Assembly: GCA_021613535.1 (NCBI GenBank) | Contig: CP075492.1 | Span: forward strand, 5,022,001 to 5,086,000 | Source of the DNA: Adineta vaga | Taxonomy: Eukaryota; Animalia; Rotifera | DNA length: 64,000 bases | Reading direction: 5' to 3' | Shown here: positions 53,176-64,000 of the stretch, in pieces | Position numbering within the stretch: position 1 is the first letter of the stretch | Layout of the letters: every line of letters starts with the position of its first letter | Program-made: the position numbers and the translations under genes | The notes under the pieces: generated by a model | The model's input: only the letters and a program-made list of their open reading frames with translations | The model's database searches: none | What the model was told of the DNA's origin: nothing

Positions 53176-56100
53176 TCAAAGCCAAATAATAATCTCTTCA
53201 TTGGCATCAATAACGATTTTAGATGATGAATAATGATTACTTATCGAACGAACATGTTCTGTAAGAAGCGTTAGAAGTATATCACGAGATGTGCGCGGAA
53301 AACTTATATACGTCACACAACATCTATTCACATGGAATATGATAAATTTTGACGAAGAAGATATGAGAGCATCGAAACATGAAAGTATCTGTGTTGCAAG
53401 TGATTCTGGTCGGGTAAATGAGAAACGACGACCACCAAATGAAAGATATTGTAATTGAGGAAAAGCTTTATCTGTCGGTAGTTGTTTGATCAAAGATGCA
53501 GATGGAAAGTTTGTATACGATTCCATAAGAATATTAAGTTGTCGAACAGTTGGCCAAGGTGAAAAAGAATGTTCGAGAAGAAGTTCAATAACAGACCAGT
53601 TTAGGGTTAAACATTCAAGTAGAGAACTACATCGACGAAATTGCTCGAGAATAACACAACGATAATGATTCGGTGTTACAGATCGATAATATGACATTCC
53701 TGATTTGATTGGATTTGAATCAAAACTAAGTTTCAGATGACGTAAAAATGGAAGTAATACATTCCAAGAATTTATGTTCATGTTCATTTCCTAAACAATT
53801 TATATGAATGAAAATGTATCATAGATTTACATTAGATAGTTACTTGTAAATCAAAAAATAAAACAAGTGATTTAACATGTTGAAAGTGAACAAGAGTGGT
53901 ATCGATAGATAAAGGATCACGATCAACTATCCATTCAATATGATTAATACTATTATTAATTGTTGATTGTCCTGCAAACGTATGATTATATACTTGTCTT
54001 TGACTATTTAATAGATATGGAACTGTATACAGTATCATCATTCCATTTATCTCATATTCAACAGTATCATGATTTAAATTAAACCAGTAGAGATCAATAT
54101 TTTCAAGCTTTGTTTCGCCAGGTAGATAGAATAGAAAGCGAAGACAACGTAAACAAATCATAAAATTTGTAATACAATTTCTAAATAGAACAAGTTCATT
54201 TTTATCTGAAAATAAGAACAGAATAAAAAAGTAGTACCATCATCTATAATGGTTGATAATCTATATTATCTAACCTTTAACATTACAATTCACCAAAATT
54301 AATGATTCTAGTTGACACATTGATTTCACATGTTGTATCAATACAATAACATTACTGATGGCTATTTGTCCCAATTGTAATCTGCGTAAATGTGGTAGAT
54401 TGACTCCAGTTATGTTCAAATCTTCAGGACATAATATAGAAGAAGCTCCATTCTTATACCAATTATTTAATTGATATGAAGTATATATTCCCGTTTCCAT
54501 TGTAACATGAAGATCTTCTATATGCGGTAAAGTATTACATTGCATCAATAATGCTAAATCAGATATATGTTGTAACGAGATACGTAAACGAACAGTTTTT
54601 GGAAATGTAAATATTTGATTACAATAAGTAGCGCATTCGGCTAAAGAACTCATCCATTTAAAATATTTGCTATCTAAAACAAGATAAGATTACATTTCAA
54701 AGATTATTAGCGAAAAAATCATAAATATTTTCTTACTCAAGTCGTCTGAATTGTTCTGTAATTGTTTTCGGTAACAGTCAAGAATGTCCTTTAGAAAACG
54801 TCCTTGCAAAAATGTCCTTGGGTTTTAGTCCTCGGGCAAAAGGCCCTTTGGTTTTTTGTCCTTTGGAAAATGTCCTTTGGAAATATTTTCTCATCTATAA
54901 AAGATATCTTTTTTGAACTAATTTATTAAGTTTATGTACGTATGATGTTTTAAACATAGGTGGCAGTGTGTTTTAGACTCAGTACATATAGATATGTACT
55001 CGATCTATATTTAAATGGAATTTTTTCTTTCTCTATAAAGTGAAACAACTTAGAAGAAAAGAAACTGTACGGAATTGGGATTGGTGCTTCACTTACTATA
55101 TAGACGAAAACAAGGAAATCAAACGAAATATCTTCGAAATGGCTGCTGAAGACGTCGTAATGATGGATGATGATTTATCATGGTTATCCTCATCAATATC
55201 AACTGAAAGTTCATTATCATCACCAACATCATCTTCATTAACTGAATATTCATCATCATCGATTGATTTACCGAATGTTACTGTTAACAAGACAATGTCG
55301 AACAAACGAATTATATGATCGGTTCAAAAAAATACAATCACAGTGCAAGGGTTATTTGAAAAACTTTCATTTTTTGTGCCCAATGATTAAATTAATTAAA
55401 TTTTAACCGTTCTTCTCGATTACAACTCATTCTTAATAATTTTAACGAACATTGTCGGGTTCATTTAGAAAGAGAAAGTTTTCGAAAGGACATTTCCAAA
55501 GCACATTTTCCTAAGGACATTTTGTATAGAGGACATTTTATATGAAAGCCATTTTCTGAAGGATCAACATCCAAGGACATTTTCTAAAGGACATTGCTGA
55601 CTGTATTCATTCGTCTCGATATGAACATATCTGAGAATAATTTTAATGATCAGACTTTCGAAATATCATTTCTCGAAAACTCAATATGAGGTTAAACCAA
55701 AATTTGCTATGTACCATGTTGTTTCATCGAGTTCACTATGAAATTCAAATATTTTGTCAAGAAATCATAAATGGATTCGATGAAGATAAATGCAGCAATG
55801 AAATAAATTTATACATTTTTTTTCTGCGAATTCTTAGAACAAATGTAATCCTCAATATATATCATATGTATGATGAACTATCTCGTTTGCACTATTATGA
55901 ACAAAAAACAATTCTTTACCTTCCATCATGATGAATTGCATTGTATGTAAAGAAATACATTCTTCGATGATCTTTTTCATTATCACATAATACCTATCGA
56001 TTCTCTTGAAATAAAACACAATATGACGCAAAATTAATGTGTGTTGACGAATGAGTAGAATAATATTTGTGCGAGCAGACCTATTGAGAAGATCAATATA

Positions 56101-56442
56101 GACGGTGCATTTTCGTAAACGTGGAAGAAAAGATTTCTCATTTTCAAGCCATCGACTAATAATTTCATTTGATATAATTGATTCATTGAGGAGAAGAGAA
56201 GTGATACGATGAGCTATAACTGGATGCTCATATTCAAAATAATGCAACCATTCACCGTACGCTCTAAACGATAATGATGAAAGTAACAAAGCGACTCGAT
56301 TCTGCGCTATTTGAGCTAACAATTGTATGCGGATATTAAGTTTCCACTGAAGCCATGTTGAATTCAGTTCCGACCATGTAAAATAGACGAAAAGTTCTAA
56401 CCACAGCTCATTTGGTAGATCTTCTAATCTGGCAGCAAACAT
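53176..56442 (-). CDS. F-box-like/LRR-like multi-exon gene, possibly disrupted
   Basis: RLEDLPNELWLELFVY (F-box-like), repeated LP.L..L.L segments and ILYTVPY. A TIR element sits inside it at 54775-55603 and the exons around that element read poorly. Confidence 0.6.
54775..55603. mobile_element. Non-autonomous DNA transposon with long TIRs made of AAAATGTCC-type tandem subrepeats
   Basis: Left end CAGTCAAGAATGTCCTTTAGAAAACGTCCTTG matches the reverse complement of the right end, CAGTCAGCAATGTCCTTTAGAAAATGTCCTTG. Contains a Ser-rich ORF remnant. Confidence 0.85.
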
Positions 56443-57040
56443 ATTATAAGAAGAACAAAACCTATATATTATTACATATATATATATATATAGACAATAA
56501 AGAGAGAAAGAGATGACAAAGGCCACAGAGAAATAGAACAAATAAAAGATAATTAACGAATAGAATCGCTCGAATCGTTCAATTCGTTACTTGTTTCATC
56601 CTCTCTCTCTGACTGGCCCTGAATAATAATTGTCCGTCCATGGTATGAATTAATTTTTATTTCTCTATTTATCACCTAAATCTCGAACCATCAAAACAAT
56701 TCGATTATTTCTGTATCTACGTACGTTTATGAAAGAGAGATTTCCTCTTCTCAGGAACCAATTCCAGGGATCATCTAAGCACCATTGAATAGAGAATGGA
56801 ATTGTTAATCAAACGGACACTCACTGAGCTGTAATTGATGTTTAAATTTTGAAAAATATTTAATTCAATATATATGAGATCTGAGGGATAAAGAAATAAT
56901 TACGTTTGATTGACACCAGGAACTTACGAATAAGTGCAGTTCTTGTTGAAAAATATAAACATCACGTTTGTTTGGAAAGATACAAGAATGGTATAATAAA
57001 TGTTGTTTACGAGATTTGAACTAACTCTCTTTAGCTGATA

Positions 57041-57691
57041 CTAGCGGAGATACCCACTGCAAAGAGGACACAATTTACATATTCCATCTGCAACAGCGCT
57101 CTTCTCATCACCCACCGGACCTCGACGTTGGTATTTCCCCGTCGTGTATCAAAAAAATCTCACACCCTCCTTTGCCGCCCTATCTCAGCTATTGTAATCC
57201 TTCAGGTCTTTTTTTTCGAAACTTTTCGCATCTCTTCATTAGTTGTTTCCTACTGGTCTTGTCTCGCATGCATCCGACATACAGCTTTGTGCCTTTCAAA
57301 ATTCACTCCCACCGTCTCGCTGCAACTCCAGTCCCATTCTACACCCACTCTCCCGCTGCGACTCCCACCTCTCGATAGATCTACCTATTCTCAGACGCTT
57401 GCTGCAAGGCATTCTCTAGTTTATAACCTTCACTTCGACTCCATACAGGTAGAGTAGTCATTTCACTCCGGATTCAGTTTTTTCTGAGAACCCAACCAAG
57501 GCAATGCAGTTGTCCATCTTGGATGCAGACACCAACTCCCTCCCCCTCGATGACCATTCTAACCCCATATGAACCTTTCTATAGACCTAGAGAAGCATTG
57601 TGGAAAGTTTGGGAATGTTATCTATTACAGGGACTGAATGCATAGCGAACAGACAAACAGACAAACAAACTTTCTTCTTTATGTATATAGA
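57041..57691 (-). mobile_element. Non-autonomous Helitron (~650 bp)
   Basis: 5' end A|TCTATATACATAAAGAAG...GTTTGTTTGTCTG; 3' end an imperfect hairpin then CCGCTAG|T. The homologous empty site in copy 1 reads GAAGAAA|TTCC. Confidence 0.8.
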
Positions 57692-58052
57692 TTTCTTCTA
57701 ATAGTTTTTGACCAATCATCCTTATTCTTTGTTCATCAACCGATGGACCACAATAGAAAATAATCACACCTTGTGATGCATTACTTGCACGTTGATTAGG
57801 ACGTCCTGTTGACACTTTCAGTGAATGAATACCAATCAATCTTCCAGCACGATATTTAGCTTTAGCATACTCCCACATTGTGTCTAATTGAGATAAATCG
57901 TAGAATTGCAACCATTTGCCATCTACCGACGGAGAATTTCTAGCGATTTCTTCATTGTATTCGAATAACCAGAATGAATCTGTAACTTCTGTAGGTTTTG
58001 GATCAGAATCGACATAAGGATCCACGTCCACGTCCATGTTCATGGAATTCAT
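57692..58052 (-). pseudogene. DUF1917 copy truncated at the Helitron junction
   Basis: Protein matches the complete copy up to QKLLEEI, then reads into element sequence. Confidence 0.85.
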
Positions 58053-58634
58053 TTTTTGTTAATCGACATGAAATATATCTAAAAAGATTGTTACTTATAC
58101 ATTTCGTCATACTTTTTTCACTTCGGTTGATCAATGGTAATGTGAAAATATATTTTATCTCCACATGTATGTGAGAGAGAGGGAGAGAAAAGAAGAAAAA
58201 GAAATCAATCCGTCTTATTCTACAGACGAGTAAACACATGTGACGCAGCTATTGATCGATTGCAAATGACGTCGGAATGAAAATATTTTCATTCTCTATT
58301 TTGACACGATAATAATTACAAATGACACATTTACATAAATATTTTATTCACGCTCACGATTACCTTCTGTTCCTCTACTCATTTCATATGTTTCTTCATT
58401 CTTGTAGTTTTCAGTTCGAAAATGTTTTACTCGTCTTGCAATCCATTCCTGAGCTGTTAATATATGTTCATCATATAGTTCATCTTTACCATCATGTAAA
58501 GACTCTTCATTTGGACATTATTTTGCGGTCGAGAAAAATAAATAATGCTATAACGATCTGTTGATTCAGTCAAATCAGACGTAGTTATCACACGATGAAT
58601 ATTTGATTTGAGAATACCTCCTGTAAGTTTCACC
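57692..58634. repeat. ~940-bp direct duplication, copy 2
   Basis: Matches 51675-52603. Confidence 0.95.
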
Positions 58635-59356
58635 ATGGCATCACCAAGATTGACAATCGCATGTTCAGGTAAAGGTTCAATATCTAACCATTTACCATCC
58701 GACGCTAGTACTTGCAAACCACCCAAACGATTAAATAGAATTGTAACCGATCCGAAGTCAGTATGTGCACCTAACGCTATATCTGTTGAATATTGATCGT
58801 CATTTGGATACATCGTAGATTTAGTAAGTCTCAATTGATCACCACTGGGTTGCATAAGTCTATGCAAATTGGGAAGTGTTTGTGAATTTAATCCCAAGTG
58901 TATTGATAAAATTTCGAGAATGACAAGAATAATTTCATGTGATTTAATCATATAATTTTGTATTATGTTTTTTACGTCGAGAATAGCTTGAGGAAATTTA
59001 GTTCCATCTTGTACTAGTATTTCATCTTTAGAAATATTCCAAAATTCAATCGCATCTGGTGTACCTTTTCTATCGGCATATGTACTTCCAACAGCTTTGT
59101 AACCAAAATAAACACCATTTTTACCATCCATTGCATATTCGTTCTTAGTATCTAATGGTAATGCAAAGACTTTTTCTGCGAGTGTAAACATGGAACATGG
59201 ATCGAGTTGATCACCTAATTTCAGATAGAAAAATCCCAATTTGGTTGAAGCATCAAAGAGTTTCTTGATTTCTGTTGGATTTCTTTCAATAAGTCGGTTA
59301 TAGTCGATAATTACTAATGATTTATCAGATACTAATTCAGTAGCTATCGAGGTCAT
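58344..59356 (-). CDS. IPNS-like Fe(II)/2-oxoglutarate oxygenase (DIOX_N + 2OG-FeII_Oxy), fungal-like
   Basis: GFFYL, HTDFGSVT, NLGD, HRV and RYS motifs. Intronless. An A3 versus A4 homopolymer frameshift near 58500; the intact C-terminus is visible in the duplicate. Confidence 0.85.
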
Positions 59357-59776
59357 ACTACGCGAATCGTCAAATTTTTATTTCGTTGTTATATATAATA
59401 TCAAGAAGAATCAGCGACTATGCACGTTGACTTTATTGTTATCTTCAACGTTCTGATAAGAAAAAGTAAAGTATTCGTCGACAAACAACTGCTTAGTGGC
59501 AAAAACAGAAATGTATGACATTGCAATTATTGAGTATCTCGTGTCTATACGTGATGCCATAGTTATTTCCATCTATCGTGATTGCAATTTTACAACAGTT
59601 ATTTATTCCAATACTCTTAATCACAATTCAATAAGTAGAATATATTTATTATTATAAGCCGTCAAAATCTGTCTCTAAACACCATATTCAGTTAATAAAC
59701 GATGATGATCGAAATGAATACATGAGCTATTGAACTAGTTTTGTTTTTGTACGATGAATACAATAAAAATAATCTA

Positions 59777-61837
59777 TTATTTGAGTTCATGTGAGACGCG
59801 ACGAATATCCTTTTCAATGCGGACAAGATATTCTTGTGCACAGATGGCCCTTGTTTACGTTGAATCGTTGCTGATTTTTGAAGATATTCTAATGCTTGTC
59901 TAAATTTACCCATATCTTCATGTACTAAACCTAAGTTTCTATAACTTTCAGCAATATGTGGATGATCAGCAGGAAGCGACTTCTGTCGGATATTTAACGA
60001 TTGATTGATGTGATCCAAAGCAGGATCATAGTTACCTAGATAACGAAGGACATTACCAAGATTATTATGAGATAAACCAATATCTGGATGATTAGATGGC
60101 AAATGTTTTCTTCGAATAGTTAGTGCTTTCTTATTAAAGTTTACAGCTTTCTCATCTTCTTCCAGTTGTTCGCAAACAATTGCACTATTATGATAAAAAT
60201 GAGCCATAGTTAAACTGTCTTGATCATTGTTTTGTTCAGGAAGTGCAATTCCTTTGTTAAACCATGAAAGTGCAATATCATATACATCCTTCTTTTGATG
60301 AATAGTACCAATTACATTGTAACAATTACATAAAGATTCGTAATTTTTTGGAAACAGTCGAATTTTTAGATCAAGTGACTTATATAAAAAGTCAAGACTT
60401 GAATCAAGTTTTCCTTGATCTTTCAATACTAAACCGAGTGAATAATACAAACTAGATAGGAGAAGATCATTGGAGGACAACTCAGCTAGTAATCGACGGT
60501 AGAACTTCTCGGCCATATCAAACTCACCCATACGCCGTAATACTCTACCGAAGCTAAGTAGATCAGTTTCATTATCTCCTCCTCCATATGTTTCCTTCAA
60601 GTAGGCGAATAAATTTATTAAATCGTGTTCATTTTCATCACACCATATCATATGAATTCTCCATATTTGATCTTCCTCTTTTTGTATACTTTTGATGCGA
60701 AAATTCGATCCAATCATGAAAAGAACTTCCAATTCGCGACTATAATAACTATATTTACTGATTTCGGCAAATGGTTTTGTAGTTTGTACGCGAGGATCAG
60801 CATCGATAACAAATAACACTCGTTCTAAATCATTAAATCCAACAGAATTAATTAAGAATTGCCTGGCTGCATCACGATTAACAGTGGTTGAGAAAAATGA
60901 GTTAATAGAAATCATTTTACCAATGGATTTTCGAAGCTCTTTCAGCTCGTCATATGAAAGAACTTGTCCTCGGTACACACGTATCGATGATTGACACTGA
61001 AGCCGTTGTAATTCCCGATAAATATCACGTATGACAAAACGAAAAAGAAATAATATATCGATGTTTGGTACTCGTAGAGCTTTATTGAGCATTTTGTATA
61101 TAAATGCCTCACTAGTGTACCAATACAATGCTGTTTTTGCCGAATACTTAGTTTCAAATTCTTGAATAATAGCTAGCTGTGTCTTATTATCTTTGTAATG
61201 ATTTCTACAGAAGTCAACAAGTTCTTGTTTTTCTCCTTTGATAGTCTTCATTCGAAGTAAAACATCAATAAGTAATAAGGAATGTACAAAACCTCCATTG
61301 ATTCCACTCGTTGATTGCTCTGAATTGGCTCCGGCCGTGAAAATATAGAAGGCTATGGGATTTTCTTCATTTGCGCGACTGTTTTGATCTGCTTTGATTT
61401 GAGATATGAGATGATCAAGATTCACAGCAACAGCTTTTATCTATGACAAAACGAGTAAATCACTGTAAAGAAGAATAGAAAAAATGCATTACTTTCGGGA
61501 AACTATTCGCCCATTTTTTGTTTCCTTCTTTATCCATACAATAGACGTAAATAGATGACAGTTGTCGAATCTGATGAATACGAGGTACTACTTCACGACC
61601 CAATCGTCCACTGACAATAAGTATCAGTCGATCTTGAACAGAGGTAGACATAATATATCTTTGAAAATGGTCAGGGTCTTCGAAAGTCATAACATGATTG
61701 ATGGTCTCACGGAGTTGTTTCTGTGCCTCTCGATTTTTCGGATTTGTATGAACGGCGGCATCGAGCCAGAGAAGACCAAATGTTTCTAAATTATCATTGT
61801 TATTATAATAATTATAGTTGGCCATGCCCATTGCCAT
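59777..61837 (-). CDS. Second pseudo-receiver + ADP-ribosyltransferase + TPR protein
   Basis: LLWLD...LIVSG...IYVYC exon, intron ~61441-61490, VYRGQ / FFSTT / ELEVLF and HPDIG.SHNNLG TPRs. A probable frameshift near 59835 puts the true stop near 59777. Confidence 0.88.
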
Positions 61838-62195
61838 TCTTATTAGTAGCTAATAATCTAAGCAAATAAGATCTATTGATAGTTCTGAAAAGTGTCGTAA
61901 AAGCTCCACAGAATCGAAGTGGAATAGAAAAAACATGGGCGGACATATTTTTTCCACGATGTTCAACGTCATGGAGTAGAACGTATTATCGTTATGTCGA
62001 ATGCTATGTTTTTGATCGATGGACACTTTCGTCGATTAAACACTCCAGCAGAAAGAAGAAAGGTCAGAAAAACCAAACGGGTATTGAGGTGGAGTGTGAG
62101 TAGGTTAGGGTGAGGGTATAAATGTATGTGTATCAAGAATATAATTGTTCGAATCTTCACATCTTTACTCTCGTCCACGCTCATACGAGCAGTCA

Positions 62196-62339
62196 TCCTA
62201 TTCCGTGATGCTGAACATTTCGAAATCAGTTCCGGTCTAAAAACCAGTTCCCACTCATTCTCGGAATTCCACTCCAGAATTGCGTCGTGTACAAATTGGT
62301 TGGAACTGATTCCGAAATATACACCCTCGTGGAATAGGA
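62196..62339. mobile_element. MITE-like element (~145 bp) with ~38-bp imperfect TIRs
   Basis: Left TCCTATTCCGTGATGCTGAACATTTCGAAATCAGTTCC versus reverse-complemented right TCCTATTCCACGAGGGTGTATATTTCGGAATCAGTTCC. Confidence 0.7.
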
Positions 62340-63075
62340 ATTATTCTCTTCAGTCGATTAAAAAGTGTATACTCGAGATAAGAAAACAGTCTGAGAAATG
62401 TAGTACTTTTAGACACATATATATATAAAAAATACAAAAAAAAAAACTCTTAACAGAACATGTGCATTATTTGTACACAGTATTATTGATCTTCTGTTCT
62501 GTGTTTATTGAAATCGGAAGAAAGAATTCGTCCAATTTCATAATGGTATTTTTTTTAACTTGAGTGTCTATTGAATACATTCCAAAAAGAAACGATTGTC
62601 AATTCATTTTGAAGACTTTTTTTCACCGAAACTAAGTTTTTTTCACTTGTTTGTCATTTAGCGTCGAACAGTTTTGTCAAGATCAAAAATGTTGTATGAT
62701 TCTCATTTAATCATCCACGCATTGTCGACGATTTTTATAAAAATAAATTATTTTACGCATTTCACAATTGTTTTTATATACTTTATTTTTATCACAAGAT
62801 GAAATTATTGAAATAGTAGATCTGCTATCTGACTATCGTTATTATTTCAAATCTTAATAAAGAAATTTTCTTTTCTGAAGAATAAATTAAGTCGATCTGT
62901 CAAATGCTTTGTTGAATATATAATTTTTATGAAAGTACGTCAATTAATACTGAATAAAATAATACATCTGTTGGAAAATATTTATTTTTCTCAAAACGGA
63001 ACAAACGTTTTCTATATAATATAAGAATATCCATAGTTGCCGTTCATTTTTTCCACTCTTATTCTCTATAAAAAC

Positions 63076-64000
63076 ATGTTCTATATAAAATATATCTTTT
63101 TCATCCATTGTACTATGGCAATACCACAAATAAATCTTTATTTTACAACGAATGAAGTCACTGAACATGAATATAATGATGCAATAGGTATACGTTACAA
63201 TTGTTTTCGTCTTTCTTCAAATATGGATCAAGCAAGTCTTACTCGAGAAATTACATCTTATTGTCTAAGTGAACCATCAACAAAATTTCCTATTACAAAT
63301 GATATATCATTACAAATCTATTCTTTTTCAAATCTTGCGAAACAGAATGTAACAAGTGAAGAATTATATCGTTGGTCAACATCAATTGATATCATTGAAC
63401 AATATCAAATCTATTTAGAATCAAATGATCCATTATTAGCAAGAGAAATCTTCTATAATTGTACATTACCAAGATTTGGACCAATGTGTCAATATGAATT
63501 ATACTATTATTATGAGAATTATTCAACGTTATATGAAATGATTCATGCTTATTATGAAATGTATCCATATAATCCAACTAACTTGACTTGTTATGTTCAT
63601 CTAAAATGTAATCGTGGTTATTCACCAGCATGTTTAGATTGGACAGAAATTTGTGATGGTAAACTTGATTGTCTTGATGGAGAATACGATGAAGAACATT
63701 GTTGGCAACTTGAATTTAATGAATGTCAACAAAATGAATACAAATGTACAATTGGACAATGTATACCTAAGGAATTTGTTCAAGATGATTTAAAGAATTT
63801 TGATTGTATTGATAGATCGGATGAAAATTCACGATTTCTTCATAGTTATGAAAGATCTGATAAACATGAACCGGCGTTTGCATTTGAAGATGTTACATGT
63901 GAAAGTACATTTCTAACAAGTTCTTGTATACAAATACGACATTATTTACTATCACAATCGATGTTTTCAATTAAAGATAATTCTGTCTCAGATAAATGTT
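63076..64000 (+). CDS. 5' part of a large secreted or receptor protein with EGF-like and LDL-receptor class A repeats
   Basis: Frame is open to the window end. Motifs C....FGPMCQY, CLDWTEICDGKLDC.DG..DEEHC and C...EYKC..GQCIP...DC.DRSDE. Confidence 0.8.
   Translation, partial: MFYIKYIFFIHCTMAIPQINLYFTTNEVTEHEYNDAIGIRYNCFRLSSNMDQASLTREITSYCLSEPSTKFPITNDISLQIYSFSNLAKQNVTSEELYRWSTSIDIIEQYQIYLESNDPLLAREIFYNCTLPRFGPMCQYELYYYYENYSTLYEMIHAYYEMYPYNPTNLTCYVHLKCNRGYSPACLDWTEICDGKLDCLDGEYDEEHCWQLEFNECQQNEYKCTIGQCIPKEFVQDDLKNFDCIDRSDENSRFLHSYERSDKHEPAFAFEDVTCESTFLTSSCIQIRHYLLSQSMFSIKDNSVSDKC

Noticed and set aside
57128-57457. ORFs inside the GC-richer segment
   Set aside because: They lie within the non-autonomous Helitron and show no Rep or helicase motifs.
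51675-58634. Duplication as a pure assembly artefact
   Set aside because: The copies differ by multiple substitutions and in-frame indels, and the junctions coincide with element sequence. Not fully excluded without reads.
62095-62125. GTTAGGGTGAGGG as a telomeric repeat remnant
   Set aside because: Only about two imperfect units, which is insufficient.
18375-62437. Numerous short antisense or alternate-frame ORFs overlapping real genes
   Set aside because: Shadow ORFs with no recognisable motifs.
1-64000. Prokaryotic origin, operons or CRISPR arrays
   Set aside because: Spliceosomal introns and metazoan genes occur throughout, and there is no repeat-spacer array. The periodic sequences are protein repeats or TIR subrepeats.

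Overview
AT-rich eukaryotic genomic DNA with compact genes and many ~50-65 bp GT-AG introns. The gene content strongly suggests a bdelloid rotifer (inference): several NHL-repeat, Kelch and FG-GAP secreted proteins, ART-TPR proteins, F-box/LRR-like and LDLa-repeat genes, and intronless bacterial- or fungal-looking enzymes. I can support about 30 genes or pseudogenes. Metazoan-type genes include a TRPM channel, a 7TM receptor, a Cys-less pentameric ligand-gated channel and a B-box/NHL protein. Probable horizontally acquired genes include a LigE-like GST, a PhyH dioxygenase, an aldo-keto reductase, an IPNS-like 2OG oxygenase, a fungal CSR1-type CRAL-TRIO protein, a fungal-type MFS, DUF1294, GT25 and DUF1917. 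The most notable structures are: (1) a ~5.1 kb block (52604-57691) bounded by Helitron 5' ends, carrying an F-box-like gene and flanked by a ~930 bp direct duplication, which looks like Helitron read-through gene capture; (2) a GPI-type surface protein fusing an apparently inactive GH19 glycosidase fold to a VWA domain; (3) two pseudo-receiver + R-S-E ADP-ribosyltransferase + TPR proteins, each followed closely by a co-oriented foreign-type enzyme gene; (4) a receptor built from exon-duplicated PPC-like domains with a PPxY tail; (5) a tandem pair of divergent VWD/RGM-like mucin-stalk proteins. Many otherwise intact genes carry single-base frameshifts, so assembly indel errors are likely. All family calls come from motif recognition by eye; no searches were run.
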